Source: Persicimonas caeni (GTDB lineage: Bacteria; Myxococcota_A; Bradymonadia; Bradymonadales; Bradymonadaceae). From it: a stretch of DNA of 64,000 nt. This document shows positions 1 through 9,391 of this stretch, piece after piece. The stretch covers positions 3,125,074 through 3,189,073 of the forward strand of contig NZ_CP041186.1 of assembly GCF_006517175.1 (NCBI RefSeq), read 5' to 3'. A model generated the notes under the pieces. It was not told the origin of the DNA, made no database searches, and saw nothing but the letters and a program-made list of their open reading frames with translations. A program made the position numbers and the translations under genes. The first letter of the stretch is position 1. The number at the start of each line of letters is the position of its first letter.

Positions 1-590
1 GGAGGCGACGGTCTCGGCGAACAGGCCTCGCCCGAGGCTGTCGAGCCCGGCGGGGTTGGCGAAGTTGGCCAGCTCGAGCTGGCCGATCTCGACTTCGGCC
101 GGGTCGTCGGCCATGACCACGCTGACGCGGCCGTCGCGGCCGATGGTGATCGAGGTCGCCTCCTCGGGCACGTTGATATTGGGTTCGAGCTGCAGCCCGT
201 CGGCGTTGACGATCTGGCCGTTGGCGTCCACGCGAAACGAGCCCACGCGGGTGTACGCCGGCTGGCCGTTTTGCTGGACGACCTTGAAGAACCCGTTGCC
301 CTCCACGGCGATGTCGAGCGGGTTGTCGGTCGCCTCCAGGTTGCCCTGCGAGAAGCTCTTCTGAGTGGCCGCGGTGCGCACACCGCTGCCGACCTCGAGG
401 TTGGTGGGCGCGCCGCCGGCGTTGGGGTCGCCGGCGTTGCGCGTCTTCTCGTACAGGAGCTCCTGGAACTCGGCGCGCGAGGACTTGAAGCCTGTGGTGT
501 TGGCGTTGGCGATGTTGTTGGCGGTGACATCGATCTTACGCTGCTGTGCCTGCATGCCGCTGGCTGCTGTGCGAAGTGCCTTATACATCG
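1..590 (-). CDS. flgG: Flagellar basal-body rod protein FlgG (3' end runs off window; N-terminus MYKALRTAASGMQAQQ at 590)
   Basis: Minus-frame translation gives the conserved rod-protein N-terminus MYKALRTAASGMQAQQRKIDVTANNIANANTTGFK and distal-rod motifs. It lies directly downstream of flgF. Confidence 0.8.
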
Positions 591-632
591 TCTACATCCT
601 CCAATTTGGCCGTCCTCTTCGGCTGAACCTGT

Positions 633-1367
633 TCAGCCGCTCGACTTGCCCACTTTGTTGATCGCCTGCTGGTCCATCGTGCGATAGGTCTTCATGAGCT
701 GGTGCATCGTGTCGAAGTGCCGGTGCAGCGCGATCATCTCGGTCATCGACTCGACCGGGTTGACGTTGGCGTTCTCCACAAAGCCCTGCTCGAGCGAAGC
801 CCCCTGGGCGGGCATCAGGTTCTGTTGGGCGGTGGTATACAAACCATCACCCGAGGCCTGAAGAGCCTGAGGGTCTTGCACGTCGACCAGTCGAATCTCG
901 TCGAGCACTCCGATCTCATCGAAGATCAGCCCATCGGGCGCGATCTGGATGTTGGCGGCGTCACCGGGCACGTAAATGGGGAGTCCGTCGATATTGAGCA
1001 CGGGGTGTCCGGACTGGGTGACCAACCGCCTGTCGGCGTCGACGCGCAGGTTGCCGTTGCGGGTCAGCGAAGCCTGCTCGCCGCCTGCCCCGGCCTGCAC
1101 CTGCAAAAAGCCTCTCCCGGTGACGGCGACGTCGAGCGGATTACCCGTCTCCTGCAAAGCCCCCTGGCTCAAATCGAGCCGGCTGCCCTCCATGGCTACC
1201 TGGCGGTCGGCCACGTCCTCACCCGCCAACACCTCCGAGAACGACACGCGCTTGGCGCGATATCCGTCGGTGTCCGCATTGGCGAGGTTATGGCTGACCA
1301 CCTCGAGCTGGCGGTTGCGGGCGATAGCGCCCGACAAGGCTGTGTAGATTCCGTCGCTCATCGTCAC
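633..1367 (-). CDS. flgF: Flagellar basal-body rod protein FlgF
   Basis: 244-aa ORF with rod-protein N-terminal motif (SGAIARNRQLEVVSHNLANADTDGYRA) and C-terminal rod domain. Adjacent to flgG. Confidence 0.8.
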   Translation of the reverse strand: MTMSDGIYTALSGAIARNRQLEVVSHNLANADTDGYRAKRVSFSEVLAGEDVADRQVAMEGSRLDLSQGALQETGNPLDVAVTGRGFLQVQAGAGGEQASLTRNGNLRVDADRRLVTQSGHPVLNIDGLPIYVPGDAANIQIAPDGLIFDEIGVLDEIRLVDVQDPQALQASGDGLYTTAQQNLMPAQGASLEQGFVENANVNPVESMTEMIALHRHFDTMHQLMKTYRTMDQQAINKVGKSSG

Positions 1368-1401
1368 GTTCGGTCGAAAGCTTTAATCATTTTTTGGTAG
1401 A

Positions 1402-1417
1402 GCAATTGGCGTGCCAA
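1402..1417 (-). promoter_or_regulatory. Sigma-54 (-24/-12) promoter upstream of flgF: TGGCAC-GCCAA-TTGCT on minus strand
   Basis: Reverse complement of agcaattggcgtgccaa reads TTGGCACGCCAATTGCT, an exact TGGCAC-N5-TTGCW consensus about 35 nt upstream of the flgF start. Confidence 0.6.
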
Positions 1418-1991
1418 GCCACAATCGGCCCGAGAGGGGTGTAGGGCGGGGATTTCGGGGCCGAAAAAAAGTGGCGGGAAAATTATGCCGGGTGGGTGGG
1501 CAATTGGTTCGGGGGATGGGGGCCCGACCCGTGAACCTGCACGTGCACGTGAACGTCTCACCATCCCGCACACCTTTGTTGATGCGCTGCGTTGACGGTC
1601 GGGGCGCGGTCGTCCCCGGCCGCCGGGGTCCGTCTCGGGCCCCGCACGTGTTTGGGCAAGGCGTGTGCCTTGCAGGAAGACACGCAAGCTGGGGCGGGGA
1701 CGCCCCAGGGCGGGCGAGGACGCCGCGCGCCCCGACCCGGTTGTTCGCCTCCGCCATTTGTGTTGGATGGTGACACGTGAACGTTCACGGCCGTTCCCAC
1801 AGCAATGCGGTCAATCTTGCGATTGAGTCCCCCACTTCAGCGGCGGACCTTACAGTTCGGAGCCCCATTCCGCCCACCGGAAGCCACCCCGCACCTCACC
1901 CATACTTCTTCGGAAAAAAGTCCTCCAACGCCATCGAGGCGAGGTGTAGGCCCTGCAGAAGGCCCACGCCCGTCCGAGAAGCGCGAACGAC

Positions 1992-2618
1992 TCATCCCTC
2001 GCCGCCGCCGGCCACCAACGCGTTATCCAACTCATCCGCACGCTTTTTCGCCGGCCGGTCCTTGATCCTGCCCCAATAGTCGACGAACTCCGCCCGCTTT
2101 TCCAACGTGCCAAACTCCAGCCCAAACCCGATCTGCAGCCCCACGTACACATCCGCCGCGCTGAACCTGTCGCCGGCAATATACGGACGCTGCGACACGG
2201 CGTCGGCCAGCGTATCGAGGACGGCGGCGAGGTTGCCGTAGCCGACCATCCGCTCCTGCTCCGGAGCCACGCTAATCTCCAACGATTGGTTGGTGATCGC
2301 CGACTCGAAGGGCCCGGCCGCAAAGAAGAGCCAACGATAATACGCCGCCCGCTGGGCCGGCTCGGGCGCCAGCCCCGCCTGCGGAAATGCATCGGCCAGA
2401 TACGCACAGATCGCCGCACACTCGGTGACCACCTCATCCCCATGCCGAATCGCCGGCACCTTGCCCATCGGGTTGACGGCCAAATACTCCGCCGACTTCA
2501 TCTCGTCGCCATACTCCAGCACCACGGTCTCATACGGCGCCCCAACCTCCTCGAGCATCCACCGCACGATCCGGCCCCGCGACTGCGGATTGGTATAAAA
2601 GATGAGTTCGTCGGCCAT
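1992..2618 (-). CDS. Glutathione S-transferase family protein
   Basis: ORF MADELIFYTNPQSRGRIVRWMLEEVG... has a GST N-terminal thioredoxin-like fold and C-terminal helical domain signatures. Start codon choice (MEDSM vs MADE) is uncertain. Confidence 0.7.
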   Translation of the reverse strand: MADELIFYTNPQSRGRIVRWMLEEVGAPYETVVLEYGDEMKSAEYLAVNPMGKVPAIRHGDEVVTECAAICAYLADAFPQAGLAPEPAQRAAYYRWLFFAAGPFESAITNQSLEISVAPEQERMVGYGNLAAVLDTLADAVSQRPYIAGDRFSAADVYVGLQIGFGLEFGTLEKRAEFVDYWGRIKDRPAKKRADELDNALVAGGGEG

Positions 2619-2780
2619 GCTGTCCTCCACGGTTGGGTTGTCATCGGTTGGTTTCTGAGCAGCGCAGACCTACACCCAGGCGCCGACCTCGGTCAATCCG
2701 CGCGGGGCCGTTGCGAAACGTACGTCCTGCAGAAGGCCCGCGCCTGCTATTGTAGCAATTATGATTGAAGGGCAGGGAGG

Positions 2781-3068
2781 GGGGCCTCTCCCTCGATCCC
2801 TCTCCTTCCCTTCGCTTCGCTACGGGTGGAGAGGGGGGCCTCTCCTCGGTCCTCTCCTTCCCTCCGCTTCGTTACGGGCGGAGAGGAAGATGTCGTTTAA
2901 TCGATCTCTGTACAGGGTGCGATGTTGCTCTACCGATCTCTGTACAAGGTGCGTACTGGCAACATCTTCCTCCCCTGCGCGAAGCAAAGCGTAGCGTAGG
3001 GGAGGACCGAGGAGGGGACTCCTCCTCCGCGAAGCGAAGCGAAGTGGAGGAGGACCGAGGAGGAGGAA
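2781..3068. repeat. MITE/REP-like palindromic element, family A copy 1 (~290 bp, nested inverted repeats around the ggaggaccgaggagg / cttcgcttcgctacggg cores)
   Basis: Left arms gggcctctccctcgatccctctccttcccttcgcttcgctacgggtggagagg pair with right arms cctcccctgcgcgaagcaaagcgtagcgtaggggaggaccgaggagg. The same element recurs at 3463, 9168, 38771 and 48056. Confidence 0.85.
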
Positions 3069-3149
3069 GCCTTTTTACCTACCCCCGACGCATCTCCAAC
3101 CCCTTTGGCTGTGCGGCTCGACAGGCAAGAAAGACCCCGGCGAGCCTGC

Positions 3150-3243
3150 GGGAGGCTCTTTCGAGGATGCTCGCAGGGTCGAAAATGCCTGCCGGAGGCT
3201 CTTTCGAGGATGCTCGCAGGGTCGAAAATGCCTGCCGGAGGGG
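3150..3243. repeat. Direct tandem duplication of a ~46-bp unit (ggaggctctttcgaggatgctcgcagggtcgaaaatgcctgccgga x2)
   Basis: Two near-identical consecutive copies are visible in the sequence between the two family-A elements. Confidence 0.8.
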
Positions 3244-3462
3244 GACGCGAGGGCGCGAGATGCTCGGAAGTGCCTCGGCGAGGGGGCGGCGAGCTCGCGG
3301 GCATCCACGGAAAAAGCCCCCGGCGGCTCGCCGGGGGCTTTGCTGTCCGCGCGCGCCACGTGCGGAGGTTATGCGGTCGGCTCGACGACGTCCTCGACGA
3401 CGGCCGCGGCGGCCATGACGGCGTTGTGGAGGTGTTTTGGGGGGGTAGCAGAGATTGGGGGA

Positions 3463-3752
3463 GGGGGGCCTCTCCCTCGATCCCTCTCTTTCCCTTCGCT
3501 TCGCTACGGGTGGAGAGGGGGCCTCTCCTCGGTCCTCTCCTTCCCTTCACTTCGTTACGGGCGGAGAGGAAGATGTCGTTTAATCGATCTCTGTACAGGG
3601 TGCGATGTTGCTCTACCGATCTCTGTACCAGGTGCGTACTGGCAACATCTTCCTCCCCTGCGCGAAGCAAAGCGGAGCGTAGGGGAGGACCGAGGAGGGG
3701 ACTCCTCCTCCGCGAAGCAAAGTGAAGTGGAGGAGGACCGAGGAGGAGGAAA
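3463..3752. repeat. MITE/REP-like palindromic element, family A copy 2
   Basis: Near-identical to 2781-3068, including the internal cgatctctgtacagggtgcg direct sub-repeats. Confidence 0.85.
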
Positions 3753-3760
3753 AAAAGCCG

Positions 3761-4501
3761 TTACCCAGCCATCACCCCCCGCAACTCCTTAATCGCCGCC
3801 GACTTCAACTGACTCACCCGCCCCGGCGTCAAATCGAGGATATCGCCGATCTCGGCCAAGGTGAGCTCCTTGTTGAAATACAGGTCCAACACCAACTGCT
3901 TGCGCTCACTCAACCCCTTCAAACAGTCGACGAGTTGCTCGCGGGTCTCCTTGTAGTTGACCAGGCGGAACGGGTCGGGGGTCGGGGCCGTGAGCGAGAA
4001 CGAGACGTCGGCTTCGTCGACGAACGAGTAGGGGGCGACCTTGCCGCGGAGCTCTTGGAGCTCCTGGAGGTCCATCTCCATCTCGGCGGCGAGTTCGGCG
4101 GGTTCGGGGGCGCGGCCCAGGTTGGACTCGAGCTTCTTTTCGGCCTTTTGCAGCTTGTTGGCCTTCTGGCGCAGCCGGCGTGGGAAGAAGTCGTGCTTGC
4201 GCAGGGAGTCGAGGATGGCGCCCTTGATGCGGAACTCGGCGAAGGTGCCAAAGGGCTTGCCCTCGGACGGGTCGAAGCGCTCGTGGGCGTCGAGCAGGCC
4301 CATGACGCCGACGCTGACCAGGTCTTCGAGCTCCAGGCCGCGGATATACGGCGGCAGCCGGCGTAAGATCCGCTGGGCGACCTTGCGCACCAGGCTACCG
4401 TACTCCTCGACGAGCGCGCGGTGCTGGCGCGCTTTCTCGAGCTCCTCGTTCGACGAGCTCGACTTCTGGTAGCTGCGAATGCCTCGTTTGGCTCTATACA
4501 T
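3761..4501 (-). CDS. fliA: Flagellar sigma factor FliA (sigma-28)
   Basis: 246-aa ORF with sigma-70 region 2 and region 4 signatures (LVRKVAQRI..., LTLAEIGDILDLTPGRVSQLKSAAIKELR). Located at the end of the flhA-flhF block. Confidence 0.8.
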   Translation of the reverse strand: MYRAKRGIRSYQKSSSSNEELEKARQHRALVEEYGSLVRKVAQRILRRLPPYIRGLELEDLVSVGVMGLLDAHERFDPSEGKPFGTFAEFRIKGAILDSLRKHDFFPRRLRQKANKLQKAEKKLESNLGRAPEPAELAAEMEMDLQELQELRGKVAPYSFVDEADVSFSLTAPTPDPFRLVNYKETREQLVDCLKGLSERKQLVLDLYFNKELTLAEIGDILDLTPGRVSQLKSAAIKELRGVMAG

Positions 4502-4512
4502 CGTTCAGTCCC

Positions 4513-5844
4513 TCAACGTCCTTGTACTTCCAACTTCTCGCCTGCCGACTCCGAGCCAGGTCGCTCACCGAGCATGATCCAATCGACCAACTCCTGGCTG
4601 TCCGGGCTGGCGATGTCTTCGGGGACCCGCGGGCCGTAACACACGTGCGACACGGGCAACTCGGTGGCGAAGCTCGTCGACAGGATCGAGCCGAGACGGC
4701 GCGATTCGTCGAGCTTGGTGAACACCAGCGAGGCGGGTTGCAGGCGGGCGTACGAGCGCACCGTCTCGACCATGTCGGCGGTGGTGCGCGTGGCGCTCAT
4801 GCAGATCTCGAAGCGCAGCGCGAAGTCGTCGCGGCATGCTCGGGCAAAATCTTCGTAGGCCAGCCCCTGCGAGGGGGCGGGGGCCCAGGGGCTTCGGCCC
4901 ATCGTGTCGACCAAGATGAGGTCGAAATCGCTCAGGCGGGTGAGCGCCAGGCGCAGCTCGGCGGGGGCGGAGACCGCGAAGATGGGCACGCCCACCAGGT
5001 CGGCGTAGGTCTCGAGCTGGTACAGCCCGCCAATCCGAAACGTGTCGGCGCAGATGATGCCCACGCGCTTGTTGCCCACCAGCTTGGCGTGGGCGGCGAC
5101 CTTGGCGATGGTGGTCGTCTTGCCCACGCCCGTGGGGCCGACGAAGACGGCCACTTCGGGCTTGTCGCTCTTCGTCTCCCACAGCGGCGGGGTCGTCTCG
5201 AGGCGGTCGATCATCTGCTGCTCGATGACGTCGTGGAGCACGCCGGGGCTGAGTTCCCACTCGACGTCGGCGTTGAACGCCCAGGCGATGAGCTCCTCGA
5301 TATGCCCCTCGAGCACGCCGCGGTAGCTCAGCGCCTCGTAGATCGCGGCGATGGTCTGGCCGAAATTGTCGGTGTGCTGGGGCTGGTATATGCGCTTGAT
5401 GCCCAGGCGAATCGACTCGAGCGCGTGGTACGGCAGCTCGGGCTTCTCGGGACGCGGCGCGGGGGCCGGCGCCGGGGTGGGCGCGGGCTGCTCGGCGCGC
5501 ATCTCCTCGCGAATGCGAAGGTGGCGCACCTCCGAGCTCAGCGAGCGAATCTGCTTGGCGAGGTCCTCGACCAGCGCGACCAGGGCCGCCTTCGACGGGT
5601 CCTCCTCGATGGGCGCCTGAGTGACCGGGGCCTGTGCCTGTGTCTGGGCGTGGGGCATCGGCGGGTGGGCGAACTCGCTGCTGGAGTCGCTGGGGGCCAC
5701 CGCGATCTCGAGGTTGCGCCCGTCTTCGGCGTGGGGCAGCCGCGAGGTGCTCACGATGACGGCGTCCTCGCCCAATTCACGTTTGATCTGACGCAAGCCC
5801 TCGCGGACGTCTTTGACGCGGTATTTTCGAAGCGGAAGTGTCAT
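4513..5844 (-). CDS. flhF: Flagellar biosynthesis SRP-like GTPase FlhF
   Basis: 443-aa ORF with G1 motif VAVFVGPTGVGKTTTIAKVAA and an SRP54/FtsY-type GTPase domain. Sits between flhA and fliA. Confidence 0.75.
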   Translation of the reverse strand: MTLPLRKYRVKDVREGLRQIKRELGEDAVIVSTSRLPHAEDGRNLEIAVAPSDSSSEFAHPPMPHAQTQAQAPVTQAPIEEDPSKAALVALVEDLAKQIRSLSSEVRHLRIREEMRAEQPAPTPAPAPAPRPEKPELPYHALESIRLGIKRIYQPQHTDNFGQTIAAIYEALSYRGVLEGHIEELIAWAFNADVEWELSPGVLHDVIEQQMIDRLETTPPLWETKSDKPEVAVFVGPTGVGKTTTIAKVAAHAKLVGNKRVGIICADTFRIGGLYQLETYADLVGVPIFAVSAPAELRLALTRLSDFDLILVDTMGRSPWAPAPSQGLAYEDFARACRDDFALRFEICMSATRTTADMVETVRSYARLQPASLVFTKLDESRRLGSILSTSFATELPVSHVCYGPRVPEDIASPDSQELVDWIMLGERPGSESAGEKLEVQGR

Positions 5845-5891
5845 AGCGTTCTACCTTGAGTTACGGGTCATGCGTCTTGTTGCATCGTGCG

Positions 5892-8021
5892 TCATTGAAT
5901 CTGGGCTTGCTGGGCGCCTTCGAGTTCGCCGGCGGGCAGGCTCAATTGAGCCACGCTGACCAGCTCGGCGCTCGGGACCACCTCGCGGTGGCAAAGCACC
6001 TGAATATCCGGGAAAAACTGGGCCAAAAACTGCTCCAGGGGGCCGCGCAAATCGGGCGGAGCCAGGATGACCGGCTCGGCGTCTTTGACGGCGAATTTGC
6101 CCAGCGCCTCCTCGATGGCGCCGAACAGCCCCTGCGCGGTGACCAGGTCGCAGGCGAGCACCGGCTCGCCCTGCTGCTTGACCAGGCACTGGCGAAGCTT
6201 GTCTTCGAGGGGGCGGTCGAGCAGCGCGGCGTGCAGCGTGCCGTTCTCGTCGGTCAGCTGGGCCGAAATCTGGCGAGCCAGCCGCGCGCGGACCTGGTCG
6301 GTCAGGGCGTTGACCGAGGTGTCGGGGTGCGCGCTTTCGGCCAACGCCTCGAGCACCGAGCGCAGGTCTCGGATGGAGACGCCCTCGCTGAGCAGGCGGC
6401 GCAAGACGTTGAGCAGCTTGCCGAAGCTGAGGCGCTCGCCGACGAGTTCCTCGACCAGGCGCGGGGCCTGCAGCTTGATCTCTTCGAGGCGATCCTCGAG
6501 GTCTTCCCAGCCAAACAGCTCGGCGGCGTGCTGACGGATGACCTCGGTGACGTGGGTGGTGATCACCGCCTCGTGGTCGACCACGGTGTAGCCGGCGGCC
6601 TCGGCGCGGTGGCGCTGGCTCTCGTCGACCCACACCGCGTCGAGCCCGAAGGTCGGGTCCTTGGTGGGCTCGCCGTCGATGCGCTGGGTGACGAAGCCGG
6701 GGTTGATGGCCATGAGCTTGTTCTGGCGAAGCTCGGCCGAGGCAATGGGCACGCCCTTGAGCAACAGGCGATAGGCGCCGGGCGCCATCTGCAGGTTGTC
6801 GCGGATATGAATCGACGGGACGATGATGCCCAGGTCGGAGGCGTATTGGCGGCGCACCTGCACGAGGCGCTTGAGCAAGGAGCCGCCGGAGGCCTCGTCG
6901 ACGACCTTGACCAGCCCGAAGCCGATCTCGAGGGCGAGGGTCTCGACGCGCAGCAGCTCGTCGAGCTCGGGCTCGGCCTTCTCGTCCTTCTTTTCGTCGG
7001 CGTCGTCCAGCTCGACGGTCTCGTCGGCCGCCTGCGAGACGCGCCAGCCGAGCCAGCCAATGGCGCCGGCCATCGTCGCAAAGATCATGAAGGGCATGCC
7101 GGGGACCAGCCCCAGCAAAAAGAGGGTGACCGAGGCGCCGAACAACACGCGCTGGTCGCCCAGGAGCTGACCGGTGAGCTCGTCGCCCAGCTCGGCCGCG
7201 CTGGCCGCGCGGGTGACGACCACGCCGGTGGCCGTCGAGATGAGCAACGCCGGAATCTGGCTGACCAGGCCGTCGCCCACCGTGAGCACGGTGTAGGTCT
7301 GCGCGGCGTCACCGAAGGCCATGCCGCCCTGGAAGACGGCGATGAGCAGGCCGCCCATGATGTTGATGGCGGTGATGATCAGGCCGGCGATGGCGTCGCC
7401 GCGCACGAACTTGGAGGCGCCGTCCATCGCCCCGTAGAAGTCGGACTCGCGCTCGACGTCGCTGCGCTTTTGGCGCGCGTCCTCTTCGGTCAACGTGCCC
7501 GCGGCGAGCTCGGCGTCGATGGCCATCTGCTTGCCGGGCAGCGCGTCGAGGGTGAAGCGCGCGGCGACCTCGGCGATGCGCCCGGCGCCCTTGGTGATGA
7601 CCATGAAGTTGATGAGCACCAAGATCAGGAAGACGATGATGCCGATGATGCTGTTGCCGCCGACCACGAAGTGGCCGAAGGTCTCGATGATGCGCCCGGC
7701 GTTGGCCTTGCCCTCGGCCGCGCCCAGCAAGATGAGCCGGGTCGAGGCGACGTTCAGGCCCAGGCGAAAGAGCGTGGAGATGAGCAGCAGCGCCGGCAGC
7801 ACTGAGAACTCGAGCGGCCGGTTGACGAAGACGGCGGTGAGCAGGATGAGCACCGCCACGGTGATGTTGACCGACAACAAAAGGTCGAGCAGCACCGGCG
7901 GCAGCGGCAGCACCATCAGCGCGATGACGCTGAGCAGCACGAACATCAGCGGAGCGCTCTTGGCGCCCTGGAGCCTCTCGGTCAGGCTCATCTGCGTGCT
8001 GGATTTGGTGGCCGAACTCAT
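5892..8021 (-). CDS. flhA: Flagellar type III export apparatus protein FlhA
   Basis: 709-aa ORF with N-terminal polytopic membrane domain and large cytoplasmic domain. Typical FlhA size and motifs (FHFVVGGNSIIGIIVFLILVLINF). Confidence 0.85.
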   Translation of the reverse strand: MSSATKSSTQMSLTERLQGAKSAPLMFVLLSVIALMVLPLPPVLLDLLLSVNITVAVLILLTAVFVNRPLEFSVLPALLLISTLFRLGLNVASTRLILLGAAEGKANAGRIIETFGHFVVGGNSIIGIIVFLILVLINFMVITKGAGRIAEVAARFTLDALPGKQMAIDAELAAGTLTEEDARQKRSDVERESDFYGAMDGASKFVRGDAIAGLIITAINIMGGLLIAVFQGGMAFGDAAQTYTVLTVGDGLVSQIPALLISTATGVVVTRAASAAELGDELTGQLLGDQRVLFGASVTLFLLGLVPGMPFMIFATMAGAIGWLGWRVSQAADETVELDDADEKKDEKAEPELDELLRVETLALEIGFGLVKVVDEASGGSLLKRLVQVRRQYASDLGIIVPSIHIRDNLQMAPGAYRLLLKGVPIASAELRQNKLMAINPGFVTQRIDGEPTKDPTFGLDAVWVDESQRHRAEAAGYTVVDHEAVITTHVTEVIRQHAAELFGWEDLEDRLEEIKLQAPRLVEELVGERLSFGKLLNVLRRLLSEGVSIRDLRSVLEALAESAHPDTSVNALTDQVRARLARQISAQLTDENGTLHAALLDRPLEDKLRQCLVKQQGEPVLACDLVTAQGLFGAIEEALGKFAVKDAEPVILAPPDLRGPLEQFLAQFFPDIQVLCHREVVPSAELVSVAQLSLPAGELEGAQQAQIQ

Positions 8022-8070
8022 CGTTTGCTTATCTCGTGTACTTCGTTTCTCGTTTCGTCACCCTTGCGGG

Positions 8071-9132
8071 TTAGCGCTTCTTTTTCTTCCAGACGTAGGC
8101 CAGAACTTCGGCCACCGCGCGGTAGAAGTTTTCGGGGATTGGCTCCCCGACTTCTACGTGTCTATGCAGTGTGCGTGCCAACGGAGGTTGGGTGACCATC
8201 GGCACGTCGTTTTCGGTGGCGATTTCGCGGATACGCAGCGCCTTGTGGTCGAGTCCTTTGGCGACCACCATGGGCACGCCGAAGTCGGGATCGTAGCGCA
8301 GCGCCACGGAGACGTGGGTGGGGTTGTTGATGATGACATCGGCCTCGGGCACCGCCTCGATGAGCCGGTTGGCGTCGAGCAGGCCGCGGTGCTGCTGGCG
8401 GCGCCGGCTCTTGATGAGCGGGTCGCCCTCGCTTTGCTTGTGCTCTTGCTTGGCCTCCTGCTTGGTCATCTTCATCTTTTCGTTCATCTGATGGCGCTGC
8501 CAAAAGAAGTCGGCGATGCCCAGAAGGACCATGGTCAAAGCGGCGGCAAAGAGCGGGTAGACGGAAATTTTCTCGAAGTAGCGGGCAAATTCTGCCGGGT
8601 GCATGTGCAGCAGTTGCCCGGGGGCCGGCGCGAAGGCGGTCAGCGCCAGGGCGGCCACCAGGCCGATGACCACGACCTTCGCCAGCGTCTTGATGAGCTG
8701 GGCGACGGTGTCCTTGGACAGAAACTTCTTTTTGAAGCCCTTGATGGGGTCGAGCTTCTCGAGCTTGGGCTCGAGCGGTTTGCCGCTCAAAAGCGGGCCG
8801 GTCTGCATCATGTGGGCGGCGATGGCGGCCACGCACATCACCCCGAAGACGGGCACCAACGGGGCGACGACCGCCTCGACGAGGCCCGAGAAGACGACCT
8901 CGGGGCTGCTGATGAAGTTCTCCGACTCGTCGAGCCGCGCCCACACGCCGCTCAGGGCCGCCGAGATGGGACCGCTGGCCAGCGTCGAGCCGACCCACAG
9001 CGCCGCCGCGCTGGCTACGAGCATGACGCCGGCGGCGAGCTCCTGGCTCTTGGCGACTTCACCGCGTTCGCGGAATTGTCGTTTGCGCTGGGGTGTGGCT
9101 TGTTCTGTTTTTTCTTGGCCGGACTCGCTCAT
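8071..9132 (-). CDS. flhB: Flagellar export apparatus protein FlhB
   Basis: 353-aa ORF with four TM helices and the NPTH autocleavage motif (IINNPTHVSVALRYDPD). Confidence 0.85.
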   Translation of the reverse strand: MSESGQEKTEQATPQRKRQFRERGEVAKSQELAAGVMLVASAAALWVGSTLASGPISAALSGVWARLDESENFISSPEVVFSGLVEAVVAPLVPVFGVMCVAAIAAHMMQTGPLLSGKPLEPKLEKLDPIKGFKKKFLSKDTVAQLIKTLAKVVVIGLVAALALTAFAPAPGQLLHMHPAEFARYFEKISVYPLFAAALTMVLLGIADFFWQRHQMNEKMKMTKQEAKQEHKQSEGDPLIKSRRRQQHRGLLDANRLIEAVPEADVIINNPTHVSVALRYDPDFGVPMVVAKGLDHKALRIREIATENDVPMVTQPPLARTLHRHVEVGEPIPENFYRAVAEVLAYVWKKKKR

Positions 9133-9167
9133 GGTGAGGAGTGGTGCAAGGGGTGGGCCAAGCCGGT

Positions 9168-9386
9168 GTCGTCCTCTCCCTCGATCCCTCTCCTTCCCTT
9201 CGCTTCGCTACGGGTGGAGAGGGGGGCCTCTCCTCGGTCCTCTCCTTCCCTCCGCTTCGCTACGGGTGGAGAGGAAGACGTTGCTCTATCGATCTCTGTA
9301 CGGGGTGCGTTGAAGCAACATCTTCCTCCCCTGCGCGAAGCGAAGCGTAGCGCAGGGGAGGACCGAGGAGGACCGAGGAGGAGGAA
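9168..9386. repeat. MITE/REP-like palindromic element, family A copy 3 (shorter), inserted between flhB and fliR inside the flagellar export operon
   Basis: Same arms as copies 1 and 2 (ctccctcgatccctctccttcccttcgcttcgctacgggtggagagg ... ggaggaccgaggaggaccgaggagg). It fills the whole flhB-fliR intergenic gap. Confidence 0.85.
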
Positions 9387-9391
9387 AGTAC

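Noticed and set aside
2765-3792. ORFs of 150-246 aa across the MITE region (for example 2765-3418, 2930-3670, 3340-3792)
   Set aside because: Their translations consist of repeat-derived peptides (SLRYGWRGG, PLLGPLLPS) duplicated on both strands. They are artefacts of reading through the palindromic elements.
5856-7805. Long antisense ORFs inside flhA, flhF, the giant AAA+ gene and others (for example 649 aa at 5856-7805, 1084 aa at 41609-44863, 748 aa at 30933-33179)
   Set aside because: They are typical high-GC spurious frames with Ala/Arg/Gly-rich low-complexity translations. Each lies opposite a gene with a clear homology signal.
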